The notes beneath the pieces were generated by a model. The model had not been told where the DNA came from and made no database searches. It saw only the letters and a program-made list of their open reading frames with translations. A DNA stretch of 63,744 nucleotides, the filler included, from Craspedostauros australis (taxonomy: Eukaryota), in the NCBI GenBank assembly GCA_030167865.1. It is 18 parts of 18 records of this genome, joined end to end, with 100 filler letters (N's around TTAATTAATTAA, not from the genome) between each part and the next. Parts side by side here need not be neighbours in the genome. Positions count along the whole stretch, not along the records: positions 39,533 to 62,600 come from JALAGF010001173.1; positions 62,701 to 63,744 come from JALAGF010001182.1; 16 more parts are not named here. One strand, written 5' to 3'. This document shows positions 62,078 to 63,744 of the stretch, in pieces (positions within the stretch are counted from its first letter, which is position 1; the number at the start of each line of letters is the position of its first letter). Both the position numbers and the translations under genes were made by a program.

Positions 62078-62600
62078 TCAAACAAAGAGCAAATATACAA
62101 TCGATTGGAGGGCCACCAGAGTGCTCAACCCAACCAGTGGTGACGATGACGATGTCGGAGCTGCTGTCGGAGCTTCTGTCGGGGCTGCTGTTGGAGCTGC
62201 TGTCGGGGCTGCTGTCGGAGCTTCTGTCGGAGCTGTTGTCGGAGCTGCTGTTGGGGCTGCTGTCGGAGCTTCTGTCGGAGCTGATGTCGGGGCTGCTGTT
62301 GGAGCTTCTGTCGGGGCTGCTGTCGGAACTGCTGTTGGAGCTGCTGTCGGGGCTGCTGTTGGGGCTGCTGTTGGAGCTGATGTCGGGGCTGCTGTCGGGG
62401 ACCCCACAGCAACTGTGCCGACAGCAGTCAAGTCGGTCATGTTGAAGCCGTTGTTGGTCATCTTTTCGAAGACGTTGCGGAAATCCTCCATCCACAGCTC
62501 GTTGTCGTTCACATAGTCGTTCAGCTTGCTGCTGGTGCTGGCGACGGGGCAGTCCACAGCGCCGAGGGTGGCATTGACTTGAGGCATGTTGCAGCTCACG
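62078..62600 (-). CDS. Heme peroxidase paralogue C-terminus with PT-rich stalk and GPI-like signal, 5' truncated
   Basis: DCPVASTSSKLNDYVNDNELWMEDFRNVFEKMTNNG aligns with the end of the 49245-51039 peroxidase. It is followed by (PTAA/PTEA)n, SSSS and a terminal hydrophobic tail. Confidence 0.8.
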
Positions 62601-63339
62601 NNNNNNNNNNNNNNNNNNNNNNNNNNNNNNNNNNNNNNNNNNNNTTAATTAATTAANNNNNNNNNNNNNNNNNNNNNNNNNNNNNNNNNNNNNNNNNNNN
62701 AGACAATGTTACCAGCATCATGGAGATTACATTGTACTTGGAGCAGAGCATTTGGGATCGATCATTCAAGAATCTTACTCCCTTTGGCATACTGCTTGCT
62801 GTCAGCAGCGATGGTGTCCACGTAGCGTTCTGTGGCAATGCTGCAGGTGCCCACCTTGTGCCTACTCTAGCAATTCACTGATTAGATTCTTATCATTGAA
62901 AGATAGGTATGGTCATACACTAGACAGNGTACGACAGCANCANCATACCCACTCTGGCTTGAACAGGAGTGTGAGAGCNNCANCCTGGAGTTGTGCCGTG
63001 NCAACTCCTTGTTTGCCTTGNGTCCTCNGTNTCCAATTTCTGGTTCCCCGATTTTCTCCCAAATCAATCTACTGAATTTTTCAATAGTGGTATACGATGT
63101 TGTTGCGTGGGTAGCGCATTTGCAAACATTACTGCACTCATCCTTTGCACGATCCTCTCCGTTGGATGAACTCCATACCTTGATTTCAACGCTGCGGACA
63201 TACCCACCCACCAATATGATGCATGCGATTCACCCTGTGCTATTTTTAGTTCGGCGCGTTGTGTTGCCGGATTCTCGTTCTCTCTGGTGTTATTTCTCAC
63301 GATAAAGTTGCAATATCTTCCCCTTTCCGCTGCGTTCAC

Positions 63340-63680
63340 GGACTCCATCGGTTTCGACAGCCACATGCCCGGACTGCCGTCGTCTTCTTCGCCTTGTCGT
63401 CTACTTTGTAGTCGTCCAATTTTATTTCGCAATTCCGCCTGGTGCTATTTCTATGCCAACAAAAGCATACCTATGTAGGGACCCCGTGTTATTCTTCGCA
63501 CTAACATTTTTGCACCCTCACCTGAACGTTTCCATCACGCATTCTATCAGTTTCGACGTCTGGAGGGACGAANCACTCTCGTCCCCTCCGCCTCATTGTT
63601 TACTTTGTAGTCGTCCAATTGTTATTTCGCAATTCCGTCTGGTGCTATTTCTATCCCACGAAATCCATACCCATGCAAAT
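63340..63680. repeat. Imperfect direct repeat, 199-bp period
   Basis: tactttgtagtcgtccaatt...ttcgcaattccg.ctggtgctatttctat occurs at 63402 and 63601. Confidence 0.8.
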
Positions 63681-63744
63681 TCCGCTCCGTCGACATGCAC
63701 CTTCTGGAGGGCATCGTCAGTGTCATGCACGATTGCCGCGATTG

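Noticed and set aside
1385..62656. Recurring TTAATTAATTAA as a biological repeat, CRISPR repeat or piggyBac TTAA site
   Set aside because: Always centred in exactly 44+44 Ns, so it is an assembly spacer. ORFs ending in LIN or N are artefacts of it.

Overview
This is eukaryotic DNA, most likely from a pennate diatom. That is inferred from CoDi-type Ty1/copia elements, a DUF6824 protein, an NTT transporter, short GT-AG introns and RxL-type motifs. It is not one locus: 18 small contigs are joined by an artificial 100-nt linker (44 N + TTAATTAATTAA + 44 N), so adjacency across linkers means nothing. The short contigs carry mostly transposon pieces (Harbinger-like, Tc1/mariner, piggyBac, copia gag/pol, LINE RNase H), a giant Pro/Ser/Thr mucin-like VNTR gene and ordinary genes (GT61, LRR-like, DUF6824, NTT, HA-domain). 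The 23-kb contig (39533-62600) is the most interesting. It holds an AlkB-like oxygenase, a sulfotransferase, a secreted alpha-carbonic-anhydrase-like protein lacking the zinc histidines, an unannotated 84-aa spliced secreted peptide and two heme peroxidases, one probably GPI-anchored. Between the peroxidases is a tandem array of three 4-exon single-pass receptor-like genes. Their ectodomain exon is divergent, while the TM/EF-hand exons and neighbouring introns are homogenised. A fourth paralogue lies on another contig. All family assignments come from motif recognition by eye; no searches were run.
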